From an uncultured Candidatus Saccharibacteria bacterium (GTDB lineage Bacteria; Patescibacteriota; Minisyncoccia; Phycocordibacterales; Phycocordibacteraceae), in NCBI GenBank assembly GCA_964507275.1, contig CAZDPG010000001.1, forward strand, positions 276,577 through 340,576: a DNA stretch of 64,000 nt, given 5' to 3'. Every line of letters begins with the position of its first letter. Positions within the stretch are counted from its first letter, which is position 1. The notes beneath the pieces are model-generated. The model did no database searches and was not told where the DNA came from. It was given only the letters and a program-made list of their open reading frames with translations. The position numbers and the translations under genes are program-made. Of the stretch, positions 1-9,455 are shown piece by piece.

Positions 1-639
1 CGGATCGACCTGCTCAGGCTCCTTCTGCACCTTATCAAGCCCATATTCAATGTAGGTTTTAAGAGGAAGAGGATCTGCCGCAGTATGGACGAAATCACAG
101 CCCCATATCTCCCACTCTTCGGGAGCTGCGGAAAGAAGACGGGTATAGTCAGTCGCTTCGACGATCTGCACGCCCGGGTACTGCGCATACATTTGCGCCT
201 CGATAATCCTGCGGAACCCAGCACGTGTCCAGATGAAAAAATGCACCTGTCCTTCGAGCGACGCAATCTCAAGCGACCACCACGGGCGTACGGCACCCTT
301 TATATACTTCTTGTACCACGTGGCTTCGCCCGGAGAAAGATGCATACCGGAAAGCACTGCTTCCATCGCAAGCGGCGTCTTGACGATATTGCGTGGTGGA
401 CGAATCTCGAGCAGAACTGTTTTCTGCGCGGCGATAAATTCTGAGCGTCGCAGGATAACCCAGAGCGTCCATGCACCAGTGATAAGCATGAGCGGTAGCC
501 ACACCGGAGCAAGAAAGAGAGACAGGGAGAGCGCCATCGAGACAATGTCCGACATCATGACGAACGAGAGGATGAGGAGCGCGAGACCGAGCGCGAAGAT
601 CGGGCGCGGCGTGAGCCGGATGCCGAATTTATCCTTCAT
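1..639 (-). CDS. Hypothetical membrane-anchored protein, N-terminal part (runs off the window start). It shows weak motif-level similarity to the N-region of the VirB4-like ATPase at 40370..43129
   Basis: Open frame from the ATG at 637-639 to position 1 with no stop. It is not in the ORF track because it is partial. The translation MKDKFGIRLTPRPIFALGLALLILSFVMMSDIVSMALSLSLFLAPVWLPLMLITGAW... has two N-terminal TM helices followed by a soluble domain (…EIRPPRNIVKTPLAMEAV… SLEIASLEGQVHFFIWTRAGFRRIIEAQMYAQYPGVQIVEATDYTRLL…). Confidence 0.5.
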   Translation of the reverse strand, partial: MKDKFGIRLTPRPIFALGLALLILSFVMMSDIVSMALSLSLFLAPVWLPLMLITGAWTLWVILRRSEFIAAQKTVLLEIRPPRNIVKTPLAMEAVLSGMHLSPGEATWYKKYIKGAVRPWWSLEIASLEGQVHFFIWTRAGFRRIIEAQMYAQYPGVQIVEATDYTRLLSAAPEEWEIWGCDFVHTAADPLPLKTYIEYGLDKVQKEPEQVDP

Positions 640-754
640 CTTCGTCACCTGTTTTTCTATCGCATGGAGGAACGGGAGCATAGGATGCATAAAGTATAGC
701 AATAAAACAGAACGGGCTCGTCCAAAGACGAGCCCGTTCTGTTTATAGAGAAAC

Positions 755-1843
755 TTAGACTGCGGCGTACCGGCCGTCTTTCATCCGCTTGAAATACCGA
801 GGATCATTAAGATTCACGAGGATGGTATTGTCTTTCACGAAACGAGCAACCTTCACCTGCTTTATAATTTCCTCCTTCTTCATCGGACCATGTTCTTCGA
901 GCGCCTCGCGAATGACGTCGCGCACGACACCTGGCTTATAGCCCCATTCCGTAAGTGCGTAGAGACCGCGACCGACGAGCACGAAACGCGGATCCTTTAT
1001 GAGCTCGTTATGCGTGGTGGCGATATGTGCCTTCTTGGAGAAAAGCGAACCGATTGCTTTCGCGACATCAGAGAAGTGCATTGGCGATCCATGACGCTTG
1101 ATAGCGAGATACGCATAGTCGCGGATGCCCTTGATTCGGATTGCCGGTGCGGTTGCACGTCCCCACTGTGCGAGCGGATTGCTACCAATATGCTTGGAGA
1201 GCGAGAGCCAACGCTTCAGAACCTCTTCGTTCTTATACGCATCATTAATGCCCTTGAGTTCTTCGAGGAACCGGTCGAGGACTTCCCCTTCGGATACGAC
1301 TTCCTCGTCAGGAAGCGACGCATACAACCGTGACAGAGCATCGTGGATATTCTTGGCCGTGGCAGAATCAACATGCCAGCGAGAGAGAAAATCATTCGTT
1401 TCGCGCTCGCGGAAGAATGCAGAATCAAGTACGAGCAGGAAACGGAAACGATTCCGGCTCTTCTCATCTTTCCCGAGCACGGAAAGAAGCTCGTCCTCAG
1501 GCACGATAGCGCCGAGCGAATGGATGAACGCCGCAAGCTCTTCAAATGCTGATTTTGATTCCTTGAAGATTTTGCTTGCGCGTACCGCGTCAAGACCAGC
1601 AGCTTCAATCTGACGAACACGTTCACGGGTAATACTGGAGCGATCGCCAATAGCCTCAAGCGTCTCGCGCTTCACATTGGTACCGAGACCGAAACGGCGA
1701 GTCAGAACTTCGCGAGCGCGCTCTGGCGCGGCGGAAAGAAGGCGTTTTACGAGTGCGACACTATCGAAAGAAAATGAGGCAGAAGCAGGTGCTTTTGCCG
1801 ATCCGCGCTTTTTTGTCGCTTTCGTCTCCTTGGCCTTTGTCAT
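755..1843 (-). CDS. Sigma-70 region-4-like HTH plus C-terminal HARE-HTH domain protein (putative transcription factor)
   Basis: The N-terminal region LTRRFGLGTNVKRETLEAIGDRSSITRERVRQIEAAGL matches the sigma-70 region 4 HTH consensus. The C-terminal MHFSDVAKAIGSL…FVLVGRGLYALTEWGY resembles a HARE-HTH (RpoE delta-like) fold. Confidence 0.6.
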   Translation of the reverse strand: MTKAKETKATKKRGSAKAPASASFSFDSVALVKRLLSAAPERAREVLTRRFGLGTNVKRETLEAIGDRSSITRERVRQIEAAGLDAVRASKIFKESKSAFEELAAFIHSLGAIVPEDELLSVLGKDEKSRNRFRFLLVLDSAFFRERETNDFLSRWHVDSATAKNIHDALSRLYASLPDEEVVSEGEVLDRFLEELKGINDAYKNEEVLKRWLSLSKHIGSNPLAQWGRATAPAIRIKGIRDYAYLAIKRHGSPMHFSDVAKAIGSLFSKKAHIATTHNELIKDPRFVLVGRGLYALTEWGYKPGVVRDVIREALEEHGPMKKEEIIKQVKVARFVKDNTILVNLNDPRYFKRMKDGRYAAV

Positions 1844-1890
1844 GTGGTATAATTTATAACAAACCCCCTATAATAAGTCAACACGTCAGG

Positions 1891-4725
1891 CTATACCACG
1901 AAGTTTATGACTTTCCCTGGTACATACACGACCCGTTTCTCCTCCTTTCCTCCTAGGACAGCCACCACCGTGGGAATGGCTCGCGCCTCCGCAGATACTA
2001 CTTCCTCGGGAGTATCAGCAGCAAGCGAGAGGGTTCCGCGCCGCTTGCCATTCACCTGTACCGTCACCTCTACCGTACTTGAGGCAAGCAGACTCGCGTC
2101 GTACATAGGCCACACCTGCGCATGGACACTCCCCTCCCCTCCGATCTCCTCCCAAAGATGCTCGGCAAGATGCGGGGCGAATGGTGCAAGCAGGATGCAG
2201 AGAGACGCGAGTGCTGATTTCGGTAGCGACGAGACAGCTTCGAGTTCATTCAGAAGAATCATGAGCGCCGCAACCCCTGTATTAAATTTGAATCGATCAC
2301 CGTCTTCAGTAATCTTCAGATTCGCGCGGGCGAATGCCTGATCGAGCCCTTCCGGCATGACCGCGCTCTCGTTCGCACGATCAAAGAGTCGCGCGATGCG
2401 CTCAAGAAACTTTCGCATCGAAGCGACACCATCAATATTCCACGGATAACTTCCCGGCTCATTATACGGACCGATGAAAGCGAGATAGACGCGCACGGCA
2501 TCCGCGCCATACTCCTGCACGAAATCGTCTGGGTTCACGACGTTCCCTTTCGACTTACTCATCTTCTGTCCATCGGGGCCCATGATGAGCCCCCGATTGA
2601 AACGCTCAACGAACGGCTCATCGACCGGTACGAGCGCAAGATCGTAGAGCGCCTGTGTAAAGAATCGCGCATACAGGAGGTGCATCGTCGTGTGTTCGCT
2701 TCCGCCTGAATAACGATTAACGGGCATCCATTTCTTCATCAGTGCCGCATCCGAGAACTGGTGGGCACCCTTGGGGTCGAGATAGCGGAGGAAATACCAT
2801 GAAGAATCAACGAACGTGTCGAGTGTGTCGTATTCCGGCGTCCATCCCTCCCCAAAGATTCGAGTCACGCGTTCTTTCAACTCCTGCGAGGATGCGAGTG
2901 GAGCTTCACCCGTCGGAGTGAAATCAACATCGGTCGGGAGAAGCCAGGGCAGATGTTCGGCCGGAATGACATGCGGATGCCCGTCAGGATCGTAGACGAT
3001 TGGGATCGGGCAGCCCCAATAACGCTGGCGGGAGACGAGCCAATCGCGCAGACGATACTGCGTCGCCTTCTCGCCACCCGCGAATGCGATGATGTCCCAT
3101 TTCGCTTCTGCGCTCTGCCGACCAGTAAATTCGCCCGAGTCGATAAGAACTCCGTCATTCGTATACGCGCCATCTAATCCTGAGAGTCTCGTGAGCCAGA
3201 TATCCATCTCCGCGTGAGTCATTGAAGTGGCTGTTAGGTCTTTCATATCCGCCCATACGACCTCATGTGCCTCATCCTCATCCTTTGCGAGAGGAAGGCA
3301 CTCATCATCAGCAAGATCGAATGTAACAAGCGAGGTATAGGAGACGCGATTCTCATCCTTATGGGCTGCGAAATACTCAGCACGCACCTGCCCTCCCCAC
3401 ACCTTGCCGTTTGTGAGGTTCTGATATCCAGTTTCCTCGGCGACTTCACGACGGGCCGCCTCGATAAGTGTCTCCCCCGATTCAACGCCTCCCATCGGGA
3501 ACGTCGTCCATGCGTGCTTTTTCCATTTCAATATCAAGACTTTCCCGTCTTTTGGATTGCGGACAATGACATGCACATTTCGTCGTTCGACTGCCTTCTT
3601 CCCCTCTACCGGAGGATTTCTCTTATCGACACGTACCGGAACGACAACTTCCTTGATGGATAATTGCATTTTCTGTGCAAATGCAAAATCACGGTCGTCG
3701 TGTGCTGGGACGGCCATGACTGCGCCCGTACCATACGACGCGAGCACATAATCCGCGACATACACTGGTATCTCCTCTTTCGTTGCTGGGTTGATGGCAG
3801 TGACGCCCTCAAGTCTGACGCCGGTCTTCTCTTTATTCTCGCTACGCTCGCGTTCGGTCTTCTTCGCGGTCGCCACGACATACGCCGCGACGGCGTCCCC
3901 ATTTGAGATTATGTCAGCGAGCTTCGTGACGAGCTTGTGTTCAGGCGCAAGCACGACATAGGTCGCGCCAAAGACCGTATCGGGACGGGTCGTGAAGATT
4001 TTGATCGACTCGTCAGACCCTACGAGAGCGAAGTATAGGTACGCGCCCTCTGACTTACCGATCCATGCGCGCTGCGCTTCTTTTATTTCCGTGCGCCACG
4101 GAAGCTTATCGAGACCGTTCAAGAGACGCTCGGCGTAATCAGTAATCTTCAGAAACCACTGTGTGAGATTTTTCTCAACGACTTCAGTACCACACCGCTC
4201 GCAGCAACCATCCTGCACCTGCTCGTTCGCAAGTACGGTCTGGTCCTTAGGACACCACTTCACGGCAGCAAGGCGATGCTCAGCAAGCTTGTGCTCGAAA
4301 AGCTTCGTGAAGAGCCACTGTGTCCACTGGTAATACGAAGGGTCGCAGGCAATCACCTCCTTGCTCCAGTCGAAGGAAGCACCCATGCTCTTCAGTTGGG
4401 TGCGCATACGCTCGATATTCTTATACGTCCATTCTTTCGGATCGACACCATGCTTGATTGCCGCATTCTCCGCTGGCAGACCGAAGGCATCGAAACCTAT
4501 AGGGAAAAGCACGTTCTCCCCGCGAAGCCGGAGCATGCGCGCGTAGATGTCAGTTACCGCGAAGGCATACCAATGCCCGGTGTGCAGGTCGCCCGAAGGA
4601 TACGGGAATTCGACAAGGAGGTAATACGGTTTCTTCGCATCGTCCGAAAGGTCAGTACGATACAGATCGAGTTCAGCCCATTTCTCCTGAGCTTTCTTCT
4701 CTACGTCACGATGATCGTACGCCAT
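1891..4725 (-). CDS. leuS: Leucyl-tRNA synthetase with an inserted NUDIX hydrolase domain (aa ~375-500)
   Basis: Class I HIGH-type motif PYPSGDLHTGH and KMSKS motif KMSKSKGN are present. The editing-domain end VMAVPAHDDRDFAFAQK is recognisable. The catalytic core resumes at YRLRDWLVSRQRYWGCPIPIV. The stretch in between contains a canonical Nudix box, GGVESGETLIEAARREVAEETGY. Confidence 0.95.
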   Translation of the reverse strand: MAYDHRDVEKKAQEKWAELDLYRTDLSDDAKKPYYLLVEFPYPSGDLHTGHWYAFAVTDIYARMLRLRGENVLFPIGFDAFGLPAENAAIKHGVDPKEWTYKNIERMRTQLKSMGASFDWSKEVIACDPSYYQWTQWLFTKLFEHKLAEHRLAAVKWCPKDQTVLANEQVQDGCCERCGTEVVEKNLTQWFLKITDYAERLLNGLDKLPWRTEIKEAQRAWIGKSEGAYLYFALVGSDESIKIFTTRPDTVFGATYVVLAPEHKLVTKLADIISNGDAVAAYVVATAKKTERERSENKEKTGVRLEGVTAINPATKEEIPVYVADYVLASYGTGAVMAVPAHDDRDFAFAQKMQLSIKEVVVPVRVDKRNPPVEGKKAVERRNVHVIVRNPKDGKVLILKWKKHAWTTFPMGGVESGETLIEAARREVAEETGYQNLTNGKVWGGQVRAEYFAAHKDENRVSYTSLVTFDLADDECLPLAKDEDEAHEVVWADMKDLTATSMTHAEMDIWLTRLSGLDGAYTNDGVLIDSGEFTGRQSAEAKWDIIAFAGGEKATQYRLRDWLVSRQRYWGCPIPIVYDPDGHPHVIPAEHLPWLLPTDVDFTPTGEAPLASSQELKERVTRIFGEGWTPEYDTLDTFVDSSWYFLRYLDPKGAHQFSDAALMKKWMPVNRYSGGSEHTTMHLLYARFFTQALYDLALVPVDEPFVERFNRGLIMGPDGQKMSKSKGNVVNPDDFVQEYGADAVRVYLAFIGPYNEPGSYPWNIDGVASMRKFLERIARLFDRANESAVMPEGLDQAFARANLKITEDGDRFKFNTGVAALMILLNELEAVSSLPKSALASLCILLAPFAPHLAEHLWEEIGGEGSVHAQVWPMYDASLLASSTVEVTVQVNGKRRGTLSLAADTPEEVVSAEARAIPTVVAVLGGKEEKRVVYVPGKVINFVV

Positions 4726-4749
4726 AATCCGAACCGAGGATACTCCTCG

Positions 4750-5298
4750 TTAGTCGCGGAAGCGGCGCCAGCCGATATAGAGCAACGCAATGAGACCGAC
4801 CGTAGCAATACCGAGTCTGATCCAATTTCCTGCCGTACCCCAGTACTCTGCCGAACCAATAACGAAGGCGAGCACGCCACCATACGAAAGACCGGAAGAG
4901 ACAATCGATGAACCAATCGGCATGAGTCCTGCAACAAGAGCGAGGATACCGAGACCGACCGTAAGCACAAAGGCATAGAGCGCGTGCTGATCATTTGCAG
5001 CCTGGAATGGCTTCTGGCACTTCGCATACATGTCGCAGTACCCGGTCGTCTTCGGAGACGAAGGATCAACGCGTTCCAATGCAGGAGAGTATTCCGTCCA
5101 AACGCCGCCTTCAGCGTCGCAGGTCGGAGCATCGGTCGGCGACACCTTGAGCTGAGCCGGGCAGAAGTCTTCGTACTTCGGCGCAGGATACGCAAGTGCG
5201 AGCACAACGGAGAAGAAGATATTAAGAATAACGACAATACCGATCATGAGCGCCCAGCGGACGAACTTCGGATGCTGTTGTGTGGTTGGTGTTTCCAT
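4750..5298 (-). CDS. Hypothetical membrane protein with a Cys-containing extracytoplasmic segment
   Basis: N-terminal TM helix, a Cys-containing loop, then a C-terminal hydrophobic block. Amino-acid composition is protein-like. Confidence 0.55.
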   Translation of the reverse strand: METPTTQQHPKFVRWALMIGIVVILNIFFSVVLALAYPAPKYEDFCPAQLKVSPTDAPTCDAEGGVWTEYSPALERVDPSSPKTTGYCDMYAKCQKPFQAANDQHALYAFVLTVGLGILALVAGLMPIGSSIVSSGLSYGGVLAFVIGSAEYWGTAGNWIRLGIATVGLIALLYIGWRRFRD

Positions 5299-5375
5299 AG
5301 ACGTGCATTATACCACGTGCAAAAACAGAAGTCCCCGCACCGAAGTGCAGGGACGAAACGAAACTTAGGATTGGC

Positions 5376-5921
5376 TTAGCGACTCGGGATGGGGATTGGC
5401 TCAGGCTCGGGCAAAAGCGAATTGAGCCCTTGCAACCCTTTCTCTAGCCACTCGCGCACCTTGCTCTTCCCAGGTGGTCGCGGAATACAGGCGGAGAAGT
5501 ATATCCTCGCCAAGACGCTGACTGTCCATGCACAGAACCAGATCTGTTCGTGCGCAGAGCCGACCTCCATCAGAAAGATGCTGAACCCCAGGAAACTACT
5601 GTAGAGTACGAGTGACATGATGCGCACCGTACAGGAGTGGTTGATATTGTGCCGCAACTCTTGACGAGCCAGGAAAGCCCTCTCTTCGGACTCGATCTCG
5701 CGAATCATGAAGATGCATGAGAACGAAAACACCAGAGCGATTAGCGCAACAGCTGGTACCAACGTCTCAATCGCGAACATCCAGTATGCCGCTCCTGCGG
5801 CTACGATTAACCACTTCTCGATCCTGAATTTCGTGAACCCAGTTAACCGCTGGAACGTGTCGCAAAGCTTCTGCGCCTTGCCCAAGAGAAAACTATCCAT
5901 ACGCGCAAGCATGATCTGCAC
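5376..5921 (-). CDS. Hypothetical membrane protein
   Basis: Multiple hydrophobic helices. The opposite strand carries no better ORF. Confidence 0.5.
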   Translation of the reverse strand: MQIMLARMDSFLLGKAQKLCDTFQRLTGFTKFRIEKWLIVAAGAAYWMFAIETLVPAVALIALVFSFSCIFMIREIESEERAFLARQELRHNINHSCTVRIMSLVLYSSFLGFSIFLMEVGSAHEQIWFCAWTVSVLARIYFSACIPRPPGKSKVREWLEKGLQGLNSLLPEPEPIPIPSR

Positions 5922-6015
5922 TCCTTTACTGTTGTTGATGTGCGGAAAGGAACTGCACCCTGTTTAAAGGTGCTTCAACTGGACATGAGTATACAAAGAA
6001 TTGTTGATTCGTCAA

Positions 6016-7122
6016 CTACCCGTGCAAAAACACCATAACATCGCCATCCTTCACGACGTACTCCTTCCCTTCGACACGCACCATACCTTTCTCGCGAGCG
6101 GCGGCGTAGGAGCCGAGCTCAAGGAGCTTGTTCCATTCGATGACTTCGGCACGAATGAACTTCTCCAAGAAATCGTTGTGAATCGCGGCACCGGCGACTG
6201 GCGCCGTACTGCCTTGGGAGATCGTCCAGGCGCGCGTCTCTACCTGACCCGTCGTGAAGAATGAGATGAGACCGAGCGTCTCATAGGCACCCCGGATGAG
6301 ATCGGCAAGACCGTCTTCGTTTACGCCGAGCTCCTGACGAAAACTCGTACGATCTTCATCAGCGACATCGTTCAGCTCGCGCTCGGTCGCGGCATCGACA
6401 AATACGTAGCGTCCGCCGAGCGTTTCGATAAGCTCATACGCCCGCTCTGCCCGCCCATCATTAGCTTCGTCGAGATTATGTCCGCCACTCTTCTTATTGA
6501 GTGCATACAGGATAGGCTTCATCGTGAGCAGGTTCAAGCTGGACACCAGTTTCTTTTCCTCATCCGTAAGTCCGGCATGAAGCGCGAGCTTCCCCGCAGC
6601 AAATCCCTGAGCCAGCTTCGCGAGCGCAGCGTCTTCAGCGACGGCATCCTTCACGCCAGCCTTGATGTCGCGTGCGAGCTTGTCGCGACGCTTACGCACC
6701 TGTTCAGCATCAGCAAGCGCAAGCTCCAAATTGATGATCTCGATATCCTTGTACGGTTCGATGTCGCCTTCGACATGATGCACCTCCGAATCGTCGAAAA
6801 AGCGCACGACCTGCAGTATTGCATCGGTCTCGCGTATATTCGCAAGGAATTGATTTCCGAGTCCTTCACCTTCTGCGGCACCCTTCACCAGGCCGGCGAT
6901 GTCGACGAACTCTATCGCTGCCGGGATTATCTTCTCGGTCTTCGAGAAGGCCGCGAGCTTGCCGAGACGCTCGTCTGGAACCCCGACGACACCGACCGAA
7001 GGATCGATGGTGCAGAACGGATAATTCTCCGCCGGCACAGAAGCTTTTGTGAGTGCATTAAAAAGCGTGGATTTCCCCACGTTCGGTAGACCGACGATTC
7101 CTATCTTAAGCATGTTACCCAC
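6016..7122 (-). CDS. ychF: Ribosome-binding ATPase YchF (Obg-like ATPase)
   Basis: G1 motif GLPNVGKSTLFNALT and NYPFCTIDP are present, and a TGS-like C-terminus. The probable start is the internal MLKIGIV at 7113. Confidence 0.9.
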   Translation of the reverse strand: MGNMLKIGIVGLPNVGKSTLFNALTKASVPAENYPFCTIDPSVGVVGVPDERLGKLAAFSKTEKIIPAAIEFVDIAGLVKGAAEGEGLGNQFLANIRETDAILQVVRFFDDSEVHHVEGDIEPYKDIEIINLELALADAEQVRKRRDKLARDIKAGVKDAVAEDAALAKLAQGFAAGKLALHAGLTDEEKKLVSSLNLLTMKPILYALNKKSGGHNLDEANDGRAERAYELIETLGGRYVFVDAATERELNDVADEDRTSFRQELGVNEDGLADLIRGAYETLGLISFFTTGQVETRAWTISQGSTAPVAGAAIHNDFLEKFIRAEVIEWNKLLELGSYAAAREKGMVRVEGKEYVVKDGDVMVFLHG

Positions 7123-7194
7123 TATTGCCTTTTTCTACTGAAACTTCAAGTTTCAAAGAAATGAAATTAGTGCATCGACCCAGTAACATTGTTA

Positions 7195-7230
7195 TATAAA
7201 AACGAAAAGCCCACGAGAAGCTCATGGGCT
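7195..7230 (-). terminator. Rho-independent terminator downstream of the 7256..7786 gene
   Basis: Hairpin agcccacgag-aagc-ctcatgggct followed (on the minus strand) by tttcgttttta. Confidence 0.5.
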
Positions 7231-7255
7231 TTCGTAGACTGGTGGAGCTACATCA

Positions 7256-7786
7256 TCAAGCGGCCTTCAAGAATCGTGGCCGGGTTTCTTCTTGCGCTAT
7301 GGTCTCGAGCCATTCATTGAGCCAGTTTCTCTGAGCCAGAGTTACCAGCCGCTTGTCGGCTCCAGGTTCGAAGATGCATTCACCGTGTTGGTTATAAGGA
7401 AGCCCAACGGTGAATTTCAACCATCCTGCCGCACAGGCCTTGTCGCATTCGTCAAAGCCCGTTATTTGCCTGACAGTTACATCATGTTGCGCGAATCTGA
7501 CCGGGATGAATTTTCCTTCAGGGTTAAGCCATCCATAGCAGAATACCAACATGCACGTTTTTTCCTTAGTTTCTTCATCGCCTTCCGCCATTTCTACGAT
7601 GCGATCCGGAAGAATATCGATGAAGCGGAGAAATACTTCGATGCGGTTCTCGTAGTTGTTAGCCAGGAACCTAGCGGACTGACCACCGCACATCCTCATC
7701 AGGGCGAGGATGTTAAAAAGCTGACTATTGAACGCCATGATACCCTCCCTCATCCATTGGTTGTCGACAAAAAGCAAAAATTGCAC
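7256..7786 (-). CDS. Hypothetical protein in a compositionally atypical (AT-richer) segment
   Basis: 176-aa ORF with a protein-like composition and a terminator downstream. No recognisable domain. The surrounding intergenic DNA (7787-8166) is markedly AT-rich. Confidence 0.45.
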   Translation of the reverse strand: MQFLLFVDNQWMREGIMAFNSQLFNILALMRMCGGQSARFLANNYENRIEVFLRFIDILPDRIVEMAEGDEETKEKTCMLVFCYGWLNPEGKFIPVRFAQHDVTVRQITGFDECDKACAAGWLKFTVGLPYNQHGECIFEPGADKRLVTLAQRNWLNEWLETIAQEETRPRFLKAA

Positions 7787-8166
7787 GCCGCCGACAAGAT
7801 ACTATACAAAGACAGGAATGTCTAACTAATGGTCAAAGATTTTCAGGTACGAAAAATTCGATAATGACTATCCCCAGCGTCATTGTTTTTTTATCTTAGA
7901 TGACTCTATATCACGACGACGGGTTTGCGCGGCTCACCTACTATGACATCTTCGATGATGACTGATGATTGTTGCTTCTTGCGGTTACGATAGTCCGGCG
8001 GCGGTAATATGATAGTGAAAGTAAATGGAATTCCCTTTCCTTTGCCTGGTCTAAAAAAATGGTTCATAGAGAACATGCGGTACCTATCTTGAGCATAGTC
8101 TCAAACTACCCTGTCGGAAGAGAAAAAGGACGGGTTTGTGTATTGCTGGGGCAAAAAAACAACCGG

Positions 8167-8865
8167 CTATGCCGGCTGTTCAACGATGCCAAGTACACTG
8201 AGCGATGCTTCGAGAAGCAGATTCTGCAGGACCGCATCTACCTGAGACCGATTAGCGATGGTTCCTTTGTCGGTATCGGTCAGGATTCGATCAATCTCGT
8301 TCCCGAAATCCATCCAATACTTCCTGTTTCGCGCAGGGAGCCGACACGAGCAGTGGGCACTACCCGATTTCGAGAGAGACTCCGGACCAGGGTGACCACA
8401 TCGGCACGACATCACCCTAATAAGCCCGGCTTCCCTGAACCGCACGAACTGCCAGAGGTGCGATGCCGTAATCTGTTTGTCGAAGTGCCCGTCCGACGCA
8501 AACTTCTTAAGATGCGCGACGTACTCCTTCTGAAACAGCTCCTGGGCGATGACGAACGTGAAGACAGTGAGAAGCTTCTCGTTCTCGAACTGGTAGCAAC
8601 TTTGAACGTGCTCCTTCACTTTAGTGAACACCTGGAAGAAGGCATGCCCCGCGAGACTTTTGAACCTGGACCTGAGAAACCCCTCCGGCTGGATGAACAT
8701 CCCTTTGATGAAAGTCTTCGGGACGAACTGAACCATGCTCGCGCTCGACATCCAATTCTGGATAGACATTTGAGACATCTCCAACATGCTGGCGGCAAGG
8801 CTCAAGCGCAACCCAGTCCGGAAAAGCAGGTAAATCAACAATTCACTTCCTAGATTCTTTTTCAT
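8167..8865 (-). CDS. Hypothetical protein, Cys-containing C-terminus, in the AT-richer segment
   Basis: 232-aa ORF with the SD-like aagggga 7 nt upstream of the ATG. Preferred over the overlapping Arg-rich plus-strand ORF 8059..8853. Confidence 0.4.
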   Translation of the reverse strand: MKKNLGSELLIYLLFRTGLRLSLAASMLEMSQMSIQNWMSSASMVQFVPKTFIKGMFIQPEGFLRSRFKSLAGHAFFQVFTKVKEHVQSCYQFENEKLLTVFTFVIAQELFQKEYVAHLKKFASDGHFDKQITASHLWQFVRFREAGLIRVMSCRCGHPGPESLSKSGSAHCSCRLPARNRKYWMDFGNEIDRILTDTDKGTIANRSQVDAVLQNLLLEASLSVLGIVEQPA

Positions 8866-8944
8866 TATTGTCCCCTTGGTTGTGAAAAAACAGACCGGCG
8901 ACAGTCTACCCCACTAGCCCAGAGATAAGCAAGACGTTAGAGGA

Positions 8945-9451
8945 TCATCCTCGCGGATGAGCAAGCATGCGCACATAGTAGAGGATGCCGTAGAAAATGG
9001 CCGTTGCGACGATGAAGAATGCCACTGTCGCTCCGAACGAGAGCGAAGGTATCCAACCGAGCGTGAGATAGGCAAGGAACCACCACGCAGTGAACGCTAT
9101 CGCAGAACCGAACGCGAACGAGATGCGATGGCGCGAGAGTGCCCACGATACGTAAATGATGAGGAGAGCGAACAATACGAGCGTCCAATAGCTTGGCATG
9201 AGCGCCGGCTGGACGGTCTCGTGCGACAGATATGCCACGATGACGAGAGCGAACGAAGCGAGGAGCAGGAGCGTCATACCGAAATGAAGTCCATGAGCGA
9301 TGATGCGTAGGTGCACGCGCTCAGCATGGTCTATCTTGCCATCGCGGATTGCACGGAGATACGCAAGCTCGCCCCAGACGGTCGTGCCGGCACCGATGAG
9401 CGCGCCGAGCGCTTGGCAGAACACGATGAAAGCAATAAGTGTTGTCGTCAT
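8945..9451 (-). CDS. Hypothetical polytopic membrane protein
   Basis: About 5 hydrophobic helices, W/Y-rich. Confidence 0.55.
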   Translation of the reverse strand: MTTTLIAFIVFCQALGALIGAGTTVWGELAYLRAIRDGKIDHAERVHLRIIAHGLHFGMTLLLLASFALVIVAYLSHETVQPALMPSYWTLVLFALLIIYVSWALSRHRISFAFGSAIAFTAWWFLAYLTLGWIPSLSFGATVAFFIVATAIFYGILYYVRMLAHPRG

Positions 9452-9455
9452 GGCA

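Noticed and set aside
8059-8853. 264-aa plus-strand ORF overlapping the 8167..8865 minus-strand ORF
   Set aside because: It has no ribosome-binding site and is Arg-rich. The minus-strand ORF has an SD-like element and matches the strand of all neighbours. Neither has a recognisable domain, so this choice is low-confidence.
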